A stretch of 64,000 nt of DNA from an uncultured Bacteriovoracaceae bacterium (GTDB lineage Bacteria; Bdellovibrionota; UBA2394), in NCBI GenBank assembly GCA_964655245.1, contig CAZZLQ010000002.1:10654-74653 (forward strand), read 5' to 3'. A program made the position numbers and the translations under genes. Positions 39,305 through 48,950 of this stretch are shown here, in pieces. The number at the start of each line of letters is the position of its first letter. The stretch's first letter is position 1. The notes beneath the pieces were generated by a model that was not told where the DNA came from, did not search any database, and saw only the letters and a program-made list of their open reading frames with translations.

Positions 39305-39671
39305 TCGCGGCTGCGAGTTTACCGGCAAGCTCTCCTTTGAGGGGGTAGTCCGGATCGACGGCGTTTTTCAAGGAGAGGTTTTTTCTCATGATCATTTGAT
39401 TGTTGGGGACGGCGCAGTGGTGGAGGCCAATGTGGAGATTGGCGAGATCGAAATCGGGGGCTCCTTTAAAGGGCAGATTCTCGCTCGAGACAAAGTGATT
39501 GTTCATTCTACGGGCCGTATCCAGGGGCAAATTCAGACCAAGGAAATCGAGGTTCGTCCCGGAGGAGTCATTGACGGCTCCATTGAAATGACCCCCCTTC
39601 GCGAGGCGGTGAGAGAGCCCCATGAGACCCTTCTTCCTATGGGCTCTGATCGCAGTACTGCCCTTGCCTGA
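39261..39671 (+). CDS. Bactofilin family cytoskeletal protein
   Basis: DUF583-type beta-helix repeats: F.GKLSFEGVVRIDGVFQGEV.S.D.LIVGDGAVVEANVEIGEIEIGGSFKGQI.A.DKV.VHSTGRIQGQI.TKEIEVRPGGVIDGSIEM. ATG 39261 overlaps the parB 3' end by 44 nt. Confidence 0.85.
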   Translation: MSNRRSSLSTITLLDRGCEFTGKLSFEGVVRIDGVFQGEVFSHDHLIVGDGAVVEANVEIGEIEIGGSFKGQILARDKVIVHSTGRIQGQIQTKEIEVRPGGVIDGSIEMTPLREAVREPHETLLPMGSDRSTALA

Positions 39672-39736
39672 TTTCCAGACAATTTTCTTTTAATTTATGA
39701 TGCTCTCTCCTAGATTCGGAAGCCAAAGAGAGCCTT

Positions 39737-40168
39737 ATGACGCTGGACTATACCCTTTTTATACAGTTGGGCATTTTTTTGTATGTCCTGTTTGTTCTGC
39801 ACTTTTGGATCATTCGACCGGTCATGAAACTTTTGCAGCGACGAGATGCGCTGACAACGGGCCGGACTGACGAAGCCGCTGGCTTCGAAAAACAGATTGA
39901 AGATCTGGAGTTCAAAATTGATACCGAAATTTCGGCGCTGAAGAACTCGCTCGATGAGCAGCGACAAGAAACTCTTCGGAGAAACCGCGAGATTGCAGAA
40001 GCCCGAGTCAGCGAAGCCCGCGCTCGAGTGGAGCGACAAATCGAAGAGCAAAGATCTGGCTTGCAGGCAGACGCAGCTAAGGTCCGCACAAAGATTCCCT
40101 CGATGGCCCAAGCGGTTGCTGACGAGATTGTGAAGACAATGCTTCATTCAAAGGTTGTTAAGCTATGA
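39737..40168 (+). CDS. F-type ATP synthase subunit b' (first of two b-type subunits)
   Basis: 143 aa. A single N-terminal TM helix is followed by a long charged helix. Sits first in the atpF'-F-H-A-G-D-C array. Confidence 0.8.
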   Translation: MTLDYTLFIQLGIFLYVLFVLHFWIIRPVMKLLQRRDALTTGRTDEAAGFEKQIEDLEFKIDTEISALKNSLDEQRQETLRRNREIAEARVSEARARVERQIEEQRSGLQADAAKVRTKIPSMAQAVADEIVKTMLHSKVVKL

Positions 40169-40653
40169 GCTACAGTATTTATCACGCCATAAATTTGGTG
40201 GTCCTCGTTGCCATTTTGATTCTTGTTGCGCGCAAGAAGCTCAACGCACTTTATCGTTCACAGCGAGAGGATCTAGAAAGGCGCTTGGCGGCAGCAACTG
40301 AGCAGTTTGAAAAGGCGAGGGCTCAGCATCAGGAGCTGTTGGTAGAGGCAAGAGATTTAGAAAACAAGCTATCAGAGATGCGTAGAAACTCTCTGCGAGA
40401 GATCGAGCTGGAGTCGAGCAAGATTCAGCACGAGGCCGAACGCCAGATCCAGATGACGATTTCTGATGGCGAGTCACGAGTTCGAAACGAATCTGAAAAG
40501 CTTCGCTCGTCGATGGAAGAGGAAATCTTGGAGCTTTCCTTTGGAATTGCTCGAAAAGCGCTAGACGCCGAGCTCAAGAAACACGATGCGGATTGGACGT
40601 CTCAGATGACGGCCTCAGAAATCTCAACCGGAAAGAAAAACTATGCCTCGTAA
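40165..40653 (+). CDS. atpF: F-type ATP synthase subunit b
   Basis: 162 aa. N-terminal TM helix plus a charged coiled helix. Overlaps the previous gene by 4 nt. Confidence 0.8.
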   Translation: MSYSIYHAINLVVLVAILILVARKKLNALYRSQREDLERRLAAATEQFEKARAQHQELLVEARDLENKLSEMRRNSLREIELESSKIQHEAERQIQMTISDGESRVRNESEKLRSSMEEEILELSFGIARKALDAELKKHDADWTSQMTASEISTGKKNYAS

Positions 40654-41182
40654 CTCGATTGTTGCTACTCGCTATGCCAGAGCCCTGATCGAAAGCCGTG
40701 GGGGAACAAAGGGGCTGGAAGCTTGTTGTTTAGAGCTCAAGGCTTTTTGGCAGTCTGTTTCTGGCTCTGCTGAGTTGGAAAAATTCTTTCTCTCGCCGGT
40801 TGTCCCCCGGGATCTAAAAATTGAGGCAGTCAACGATCTTCGTGGAACACTCAAAGAGAGCGCTGATTTTATTGTCACTCTGATTGATGGCGCTCGTCTG
40901 GAGGCTCTGCCAGAAGTGATTGATTCTATCTCCCTAGCTCTAGAAGAAGCGGCTGGAGAGATGAGTGTAACGGTTGAGCTCGCTCGAGCACCGCAAGAGG
41001 GCCTTCTTGATGAGATTCGCTCGGTGTTGCAGGAGCGATGGCGAAGAAAGATTAAAATGACGACCGTCATTCGGCCTGAGCTTATTGGTGGTTTTGTCGC
41101 CCGAGGATCGGGAAAGATTTTGGATGCGTCTGTGGCAACACAGCTCGAATCACTTAAACAAAGTTTGTCTAGTCATTCATAA
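40643..41182 (+). CDS. atpH: F-type ATP synthase subunit delta (OSCP)
   Basis: 179 aa. Starts VATRYARAL. Position lies between b and alpha. Confidence 0.85.
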   Translation: MPRNSIVATRYARALIESRGGTKGLEACCLELKAFWQSVSGSAELEKFFLSPVVPRDLKIEAVNDLRGTLKESADFIVTLIDGARLEALPEVIDSISLALEEAAGEMSVTVELARAPQEGLLDEIRSVLQERWRRKIKMTTVIRPELIGGFVARGSGKILDASVATQLESLKQSLSSHS

Positions 41183-41191
41183 GGAGCAGTT

Positions 41192-42709
41192 ATGGCAATT
41201 CGTGTGGAAGAAGTAAGCGAAGTACTGAAAGCAAAGATCAAAAAGTTTGAGCGAGTGCTTGAAGCCAAAGACACTGGGACGGTTTTGTCGGCAGGTGACG
41301 GTATTGCTCGGGTGTACGGCCTTGAGTCGGCCGTAGCCGGCGAGTTGGTTGATTTCCCGGGCGGAATTAAGGGATTAGTTTTGAACCTTGAGGCGTCAAA
41401 TGTCGGGATCGCCATTTTGGGAGACTACGAACAGATCAAAGAGGGCGATACTGTTAAGCGAACGGGCGAGATCGCTGCGGTTCCAGTTGGAGAGGCGCTG
41501 CTTGGTCGCGTTGTTGATACGCTCGGAAACCCTATCGATGGTAAGGGCGCAATTAAATCTCAACATAAACGATTTATTGAAGTGAAGGCCCCCGGAATTG
41601 TTCCAAGACAGAGTGTCAAGGAGCCCCTTCAGACCGGAATTAAGGCCGTTGATGCGATGATTCCTATCGGCCGAGGTCAGCGAGAGCTTATCATTGGCGA
41701 TCGACAGACGGGAAAGACCGCGGTTGCGATTGATACGATTATCAATCAAAAGGGCCAAGGCGTTTATTGCTTTTATGTCGCGGTTGGACAGAAGCAATCA
41801 ACGGTGGCTCAGGTCGTAGCGAAGCTCGAAAAACACGGAGCGATGGAATATACGACCGTGATTTCTGCGCCTGCCACCGCGACTGCACCGCTTCAGTTTT
41901 TGGCACCTTATTCCGGATGCGCTATGGCCGAGTATTTTAGAGATTCTGGTCGGCACGCTCTGATCATCTACGATGATTTGTCGAAGCAGGCGGTTGCCTA
42001 CCGACAGATGTCTTTGCTGTTGCGACGACCCCCCGGTCGAGAAGCCTATCCTGGAGATGTTTTCTATCTTCACTCTCGCCTTCTGGAGCGGGCTTGTAAG
42101 TTGTCCGACAAGATGGGTGGCGGCTCGTTGACCGCGCTTCCTATCATTGAGACTCAAGCGGGAGATGTGTCCGCCTATATTCCTACCAATGTGATTTCAA
42201 TTACAGACGGTCAGATTTACCTCGAAACAGATTTGTTCTACTCCGGTGTCCGACCGGCTATTAACGTCGGTCTCTCGGTTTCTCGGGTCGGCGGTAGTGC
42301 TCAGATTAAGGCCATGCGTGCGGTTGCGGGAACTCTGCGATTGAGTCTCGCTCAGTTTCGAGAGCTTGAGGCCTTCTCTCAGTTTGGTAGCGACCTCGAT
42401 GCCGCTACTCAGCAACAATTGCGACGGGGCGCTCGTTTGGTGGAAGTGCTTAAACAAGGACAGTACTCGCCCTATCCGGTAGAGAGACAGGTCGCGTTGA
42501 TTTTTGCTGCCACTCAGGGGTTCTTGGATGATGTTGCGGTTGAAAAGGTTAAGGCTTTTGAAACCGAATTCTTAAGCTTCCTTGAGGCCAATTATCCGGA
42601 AGTCCTGAAAGGCATTGTGACCTCCAAGACTTTGTCAGACGAACTCAAGGCGGAGCTGAAGGCGGCGCTTCAGAAATTTAAGACAACGGTATTTACCGGC
42701 AAGGCGTAA
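41192..42709 (+). CDS. atpA: F-type ATP synthase subunit alpha
   Basis: 505 aa. Walker [10 protein letters not shown], plus the blocks [13 protein letters not shown] and [20 protein letters not shown]. Confidence 0.97.
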   Translation: MAIRVEEVSEVLKAKIKKFERVLEAKDTGTVLSAGDGIARVYGLESAVAGELVDFPGGIKGLVLNLEASNVGIAILGDYEQIKEGDTVKRTGEIAAVPVGEALLGRVVDTLGNPIDGKGAIKSQHKRFIEVKAPGIVPRQSVKEPLQTGIKAVDAMIPIGRGQRELIIGDRQTGKTAVAIDTIINQKGQGVYCFYVAVGQKQSTVAQVVAKLEKHGAMEYTTVISAPATATAPLQFLAPYSGCAMAEYFRDSGRHALIIYDDLSKQAVAYRQMSLLLRRPPGREAYPGDVFYLHSRLLERACKLSDKMGGGSLTALPIIETQAGDVSAYIPTNVISITDGQIYLETDLFYSGVRPAINVGLSVSRVGGSAQIKAMRAVAGTLRLSLAQFRELEAFSQFGSDLDAATQQQLRRGARLVEVLKQGQYSPYPVERQVALIFAATQGFLDDVAVEKVKAFETEFLSFLEANYPEVLKGIVTSKTLSDELKAELKAALQKFKTTVFTGKA

Positions 42710-42712
42710 GCG

Positions 42713-43567
42713 ATGGCGTCTATCAAGGTTATTAAAAAACGAATCACTAGCGTTAAGAGCACGCAGAAGATCACGCGAGCGATGAAGCTGGTGTCGGCGG
42801 CGAAGTTGAAGCGAGCTACAGAGCGTGCTCAGCAGTCGAGACCCTATGAAGACGAGCTGTCAAAGATGGTCACCAGTATCTTGGCCGACACGCGATGGAC
42901 TTCAGGGCTTGCGGAGAAGCGAGAGCTGAAGAGAGTTGCCCTGCTTGTGTTTTCCTCTGACCGAGGGCTGTGCGGAAGTTTGAATGCAAATCTCTTTAAA
43001 GCTGTCAGCAAGCGCATTGCCGAGCTGAGCTCCCAGGGCGTGAGTGTTGAGATTGTCGCCCTCGGGAAAAAAGCATCGGACTTTTACCGCAAGCGAGGCG
43101 TTTCTGTTTTTGCGACTCACTCGGATCTGATTCGAAAGGGAAGCGCTGAGAAGATGGCGATTATCGCTCGGGAAATGCGAACGCTGTTCCGCGAAGGACG
43201 CTTTGATTCGGTCGAGGTTTTTTACTCTCGATTTATTTCAGCGATTTCTCAAAAGCCCACGCAGGTTCAGGTGTTACCATTTGAAGCGCCGACCGAGGGC
43301 CAATCTAAACAATGTTTGTATGAGCCGGGAAAAGTAGAGCTTCTCGACTCTTTAGTTCCGATGTTGCTCGACTTTCAGCTTTACCGACTGCTCTTGGAGT
43401 CGATTGCATCGGAGCATGCCGCACGGATGGCAGCCATGGAGTCAGCGACTAAGAATTCGAAAGAAATGATTGAGCGGCTGACCTTGTTGCGAAATCGGGC
43501 ACGTCAGGCGTTGATTACAAAAGAATTGATGGAAATCATCGGGGGCGCGGAAGCTATTTCGGCCTAA
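42713..43567 (+). CDS. atpG: F-type ATP synthase subunit gamma
   Basis: 284 aa. N-terminus IKKRITSVKSTQKITRAMKLVSAAKL and C-terminus ITKELMEIIGGAEA. Confidence 0.95.
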   Translation: MASIKVIKKRITSVKSTQKITRAMKLVSAAKLKRATERAQQSRPYEDELSKMVTSILADTRWTSGLAEKRELKRVALLVFSSDRGLCGSLNANLFKAVSKRIAELSSQGVSVEIVALGKKASDFYRKRGVSVFATHSDLIRKGSAEKMAIIAREMRTLFREGRFDSVEVFYSRFISAISQKPTQVQVLPFEAPTEGQSKQCLYEPGKVELLDSLVPMLLDFQLYRLLLESIASEHAARMAAMESATKNSKEMIERLTLLRNRARQALITKELMEIIGGAEAISA

Positions 43568-45013
<1,446 letters not shown>

Positions 45014-45015
45014 AC

Positions 45016-45264
45016 ATGAGATTGCAACTGATGACTCCCGAGAAGACTTTTTTTTCGGGAGAGGCATCGAACCTGGTGATCAACGCACAGAAAGGTCAGC
45101 TGACCATTTTGGATCAGCACGCCGATATCATAACGTTGGTGAAGCCGGGGCTGCTGCAGATTAAAACCAACCAAAACACTCTGAAGTTTGAGGTTTCAGA
45201 CGGAGTTTTGAGGGTGGATGAGAATCGCTGCGCAGTTCTTGCAGCATCTATAAAATCTATTTAG
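45016..45264 (+). CDS. atpC: F-type ATP synthase subunit epsilon, short form (beta-sandwich only)
   Basis: 82 aa. The N-terminal domain pattern is present (L.L.TPEK.FFSGEA..L.....G.L.IL..H...IT.L.PG.L.I). It stops where the C-terminal two-helix hairpin of ~135-aa epsilons would begin. Confidence 0.85.
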   Translation: MRLQLMTPEKTFFSGEASNLVINAQKGQLTILDQHADIITLVKPGLLQIKTNQNTLKFEVSDGVLRVDENRCAVLAASIKSI

Positions 45265-45846
45265 TCACTGCTTTTTGATCTTAAGGCCTATCCGCCCGCT
45301 CGGGTCTGTGTGAATGTTCACTTGGACTTGAGCTTGCGGGGAGGCCTTTTTGATTTGGTCGAGCTGTTGATCAAGCGCTTTGAAAAACTTGTCTCGTGAC
45401 GGAGCTTTTTGGTTGTTGGTTTGCGCAAGCCTTAGAAACTCTTGGTAGGTTTGTTCAAAAGGATGAGTGGCTTGAGGGTCTGAAGGAGCCTCTTTCGGAT
45501 GCGGGATGGGAGATCCGGCATCGCCCTTCGCCTTCAAAAGAAAACGATCACGACGATAAGTCCCAGCTTCAATCTCTGCCAAAATCTTAGTCCACAGATT
45601 GTTAAGCTGGAGGTGCCGCGATTTGAGCGCTTGAAGCTTGAACTTGTTGGCAGTCACTTTGAGTTCGTGAGCGGGAATCGATTCGATGCCTCGCTTGAAT
45701 TCCTCATGCTCTCGAGCGGGTGGACGCTTTTGGACCCCGGCGAAGTGCTGTTCATAAAGAGTTTTGAGAGTTTCAAGTCGGCGCTCTAGAGCGACAAGTG
45801 TGTCGTCGATTGTTAACCCAGGTTTGTTTTGTTTGCGCCCGTCCAA
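45265..45846 (-). CDS. Hypothetical protein (helical, basic, Q/K-rich)
   Basis: 193-aa ORF, the only long frame here. Its stop abuts the atpC stop with 0-nt spacer. No family recognised. Confidence 0.55.
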   Translation of the reverse strand: MDGRKQNKPGLTIDDTLVALERRLETLKTLYEQHFAGVQKRPPAREHEEFKRGIESIPAHELKVTANKFKLQALKSRHLQLNNLWTKILAEIEAGTYRRDRFLLKAKGDAGSPIPHPKEAPSDPQATHPFEQTYQEFLRLAQTNNQKAPSRDKFFKALDQQLDQIKKASPQAQVQVNIHTDPSGRIGLKIKKQ

Positions 45847-46032
45847 GCAAAAAGCCCTTGCTACTATTCTAGTCTGGTTGAGGGCATTGAGGTATCCGGG
45901 GGTTTGTCGCGGCGCAGAAGTCCCAGCAACATGCTTTTGCGGTGGTCCAAGCTATTGAAATGGCTGTGATTTCAAAAACGTTCTCAAGCACGATCCTTGC
46001 AAATCTCGACCCTAGGGAAGGAGTAATTCTAG

Positions 46033-47484
46033 ATGCGGGGAAATTTGCACTTATTGGTTGCGGTCATCTTGGTCAGTTTCTTGGCCGACAAACTTTCTGC
46101 CGCCGGTATTGAGCGGGGGGTCTTTGATTCAGTCGGTCTTCGGATTTTTCCAAAGCTGGCCGAGGATCTACCGGAAAATGCTCTGTTTCTTCCGGCTCAA
46201 ATTCAAAGCCCATGCTCTCAGGATCCCAGCATAACCTGCATTCGGTGGAAGCTCGTCACCCCGGCCAGCATCCCTGTGAATGATGTTTTGCCCAGTATCA
46301 TCAGTGGATTCAACGTTTGGAATCAGCAGCAGAATCTCAAGGTTCAGTTTGTCTATGCGGGGACCTCAACAGCTTCGGGAATCCCTTACGTAACTATTCC
46401 TGGAACTGAGCCCGCCGAAATTGCACGAGATGAATTTGGAAATCAGATGGTGGCGGGGGATTTTCTGGTTTCATTTGTTCCGCCACAAGGAATGTTCTCT
46501 GAAGGAATGATTTCCTCAGTCGTGAAGTATCTTATTCCTCAGCTCGCCGATGCTAAAGCCAAGACACAGTGGGCGGGGATTTTTTTGAATCCAAGCTATC
46601 AGCCGAATACGGCCTACCAATTGACGAGGGTGATTGCTTCTGAAGCAGGTAGAGTTTTGGGCCTTTCTGGCAGTGCGATGAAGTCCTCGTTGCTTTATCC
46701 ATTTTTGCCACCGACTCCCCAAATGGTTTCTCTGTCAGATGACGACCTTCTTTGGGCTAAGGAGTTACTTTCTATAGACGTGCCCGCCACTCTGGGCTCG
46801 ATGTCTGGCTCAGTTGTTTCCGGTGAAACAGGAGATCCCGTTGTCTCCGCAGCTGTCTTTTTGATCCCGGCTGATGCTGCGGATGCATTCTCTCAGACTG
46901 CGGATTGGAGTCTAGCTAAGCATCAAGCATTTACTGATGAGTCAGGGGTTTTCGCGTTCAAGAGACTTACACCAGGAGACTACATTGTTGCTGTAGGTTC
47001 TTTGAAAGACTTTCAGCTTTCCAAGACAAGCTTTGATGACTTTACGGCAGCGCTAGGTTTTTCGGAAAATCTGGGGATCGAATTCTACGATGGGGCGGAG
47101 CGTGAGAGTAATCAGGAGCCATCTCTTAGCTTTTCTCCCTCGCTAGTCTACTTGGCCGCAGCGGTTCACGTCGTGGCGAGTGAGGAGACGACGGGGGTCG
47201 ATTTCATCGCCAACGTCGCAGACCCTCAATTGGAGAAACGTTCTGCTCCGGGATCGTCCAATGAGACTCTTTCTCAATATGCATTTCAACTCGATGACCG
47301 GTTGAACTCAATGAGAGAGATGGACGCGGAGATGCCAAAAGGGAGCAGCAAGATGCGAGGCTGTTCTCTAGCGATGGGCGTTACCGTTAATCTTTTCGGA
47401 CTACTTTTTGCTTTAGCCCTAGCGGCTCTGTTTGTAGTGGGTCGCCGAAGAGAATTGTCTCATTCTGAATCCCGGCGATTCTAG
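46033..47484 (+). CDS. Secreted pseudo-matrixin-like protein with a carboxypeptidase-regulatory-like domain and a Cys-containing C-terminal sorting tail (MYXO-CTERM-like)
   Basis: Signal peptide (LLVAVILVSFLADKLSA). The block VIASEAGRVLGLSGSAMKSSLLYP aligns to the metzincin pattern AAHExGHxLGLxHS...ALMYP with all three His lost. A CarboxypepD_reg-like segment follows (GSVVSGETGDPV..FTDESGVFAFKRLTPGDYIV). The C-terminus is GCS, then a 24-aa hydrophobic helix, then RRR. Confidence 0.7.
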   Translation: MRGNLHLLVAVILVSFLADKLSAAGIERGVFDSVGLRIFPKLAEDLPENALFLPAQIQSPCSQDPSITCIRWKLVTPASIPVNDVLPSIISGFNVWNQQQNLKVQFVYAGTSTASGIPYVTIPGTEPAEIARDEFGNQMVAGDFLVSFVPPQGMFSEGMISSVVKYLIPQLADAKAKTQWAGIFLNPSYQPNTAYQLTRVIASEAGRVLGLSGSAMKSSLLYPFLPPTPQMVSLSDDDLLWAKELLSIDVPATLGSMSGSVVSGETGDPVVSAAVFLIPADAADAFSQTADWSLAKHQAFTDESGVFAFKRLTPGDYIVAVGSLKDFQLSKTSFDDFTAALGFSENLGIEFYDGAERESNQEPSLSFSPSLVYLAAAVHVVASEETTGVDFIANVADPQLEKRSAPGSSNETLSQYAFQLDDRLNSMREMDAEMPKGSSKMRGCSLAMGVTVNLFGLLFALALAALFVVGRRRELSHSESRRF

Positions 47485-48670
47485 AAATGCTTTCAATATA
47501 TCTTTGTCCGTCGCTGGATCGCGACAGCTGAACGATCACATGAATGGCTTGAGCGATATGTCTTCGCACAGCTCCAAGGGGCAGTGAGTTTCCAGCAGAT
47601 AAAACCAAGCTTTCGATTCGGCTGATGGCTTCTCGAGTGGAGTTGGAGTGAATGGTGGTCAGGCAGCCGGAGTGGCCGGTGTTCATGGCTTGAAGCATTT
47701 CAAATGCCTCTACACCTCGAACTTCACTGACGATCATTCGGTTGGGGCGCATGCGAAGAGATTCGATGATAGACTGTCTGAGGCCCCCTCGTCCGCACTC
47801 AATCGAGACGGCGTGGGGATGTGGCCAGTCAATCTCGGCTTCTTCTTCGAGCACAACAATGCGCTCTTGGGGGTCAACCATCTCTACAAGGCTTCGAAGA
47901 AAGACGGTCTTTCCGGTGCTTGTGCCGCCAGAAATGATCACATTTTGATGTGTGCGAATGGCTTCTCGAATGTACGCCATCTGCTCAGGACTTCCAAAAC
48001 TTGAAGACTCGAGATCTTTGAAGCTTAAAGCGAACTTTTTTGTTTTACGAATAGCAATGTGGGGCCTCTCGATGATTGGGGGAAGTGCTGCCTGAAAACG
48101 AAGCTTGCGTTCATGTCTCCACGAGAGCCAACCAGAAGCTGCTTGAGGACTGCTTGCTGCAACTTTCTTGATCAGGAATTGATCGCTTGAAAACTTCCAT
48201 GGGGAGAGCTGAAGCGTACCACGATAATCCACATAGATGACATCTGATCCGTTAATCAAAATCTCATCGAACTCTTCCTCCTGTGTGAGATAGGTCCAAA
48301 GCGCCTCATCGGAATCAGGCTGTCTAATAAAGTTAAAGGAGCGCTGACGATCCTCTTTGATCGATTCAAAGGTGATGAGGTGGCCCTCAACTTCGAGCGT
48401 ATCTCGATTTTCAAGTTGCGAGTCGAGAGAAAGGGTTTTGCCGTTGAGCTTCGACCCGGGTCGACGAAGGGGGTTAAGCACCCACCAATTTTGGCCATCA
48501 CTTTTGATTTCGAGCACAAAGGGAGAGGAGAATGACTTGAGTTGAACATCCGCATGGGAGTCTGATCCAATGGTCACACTCTCAGCAGTCATTGAGATGA
48601 CTCGCTTTCTCGGAAGCGAGTTCGGCTCGTTTGAGACTTTCTCCAAAATGGTCAGCTGAGCCTTTGGCAC
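47387..48670 (-). CDS. CpaF/TadA-family secretion ATPase with an N-terminal FHA-like domain
   Basis: Walker A GGTSTGKT, Walker B region RIVVLEEEAEI, the block RMRPNRMIVSEVRGVEAFEMLQAMNTGH and His box GCLTTIHSNS. The N-terminal ~100 aa have the FHA pattern (VTIGSDSHADVQL...NGK...L.NRDTLEVEGHLITF). GTG start at 48670 follows GGGAG. Confidence 0.85.
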   Translation of the reverse strand: MPKAQLTILEKVSNEPNSLPRKRVISMTAESVTIGSDSHADVQLKSFSSPFVLEIKSDGQNWWVLNPLRRPGSKLNGKTLSLDSQLENRDTLEVEGHLITFESIKEDRQRSFNFIRQPDSDEALWTYLTQEEEFDEILINGSDVIYVDYRGTLQLSPWKFSSDQFLIKKVAASSPQAASGWLSWRHERKLRFQAALPPIIERPHIAIRKTKKFALSFKDLESSSFGSPEQMAYIREAIRTHQNVIISGGTSTGKTVFLRSLVEMVDPQERIVVLEEEAEIDWPHPHAVSIECGRGGLRQSIIESLRMRPNRMIVSEVRGVEAFEMLQAMNTGHSGCLTTIHSNSTREAISRIESLVLSAGNSLPLGAVRRHIAQAIHVIVQLSRSSDGQRYIESISRIAGIQNETILFGDPLQTEPLGLKQKVVRKD

Positions 48671-48686
48671 TTAAATCTCCCGATTG

Positions 48687-48905
48687 TTATCCGCAGTAAT
48701 TGGGATCTGATGGGTCCACCTGGTTACAAGGCTCCCCGCCGCCACCGCGGCCGCTTCCTCCGCAGCTATTGTCGACGATGTTTCGCTCGCCCCTGACTCC
48801 CCAAGACATGCCGACACCGGCACAGGGGTCATCCCCACAGGCTGTCAGAGCGGAAAGCAGAAACAGGGCAGTAATCAAACGGAGGCTAGTCATGTCTTTA
48901 TGCAT
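48687..48905 (-). CDS. Small Cys- and Gly-rich lipoprotein (mature length ~50 aa)
   Basis: Signal peptide with lipobox LTAC. Four further Cys (C28, C48, C60, C71) and a GGSGRGGGGE tract. Its stop lies 16 nt upstream of the ATPase start on the same strand. Confidence 0.6.
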   Translation of the reverse strand: MHKDMTSLRLITALFLLSALTACGDDPCAGVGMSWGVRGERNIVDNSCGGSGRGGGGEPCNQVDPSDPNYCG

Positions 48906-48950
48906 AGCAAAAGAGATGCCTGTTAGGGCGGCGCTGAAAGGGGTTGTGGC

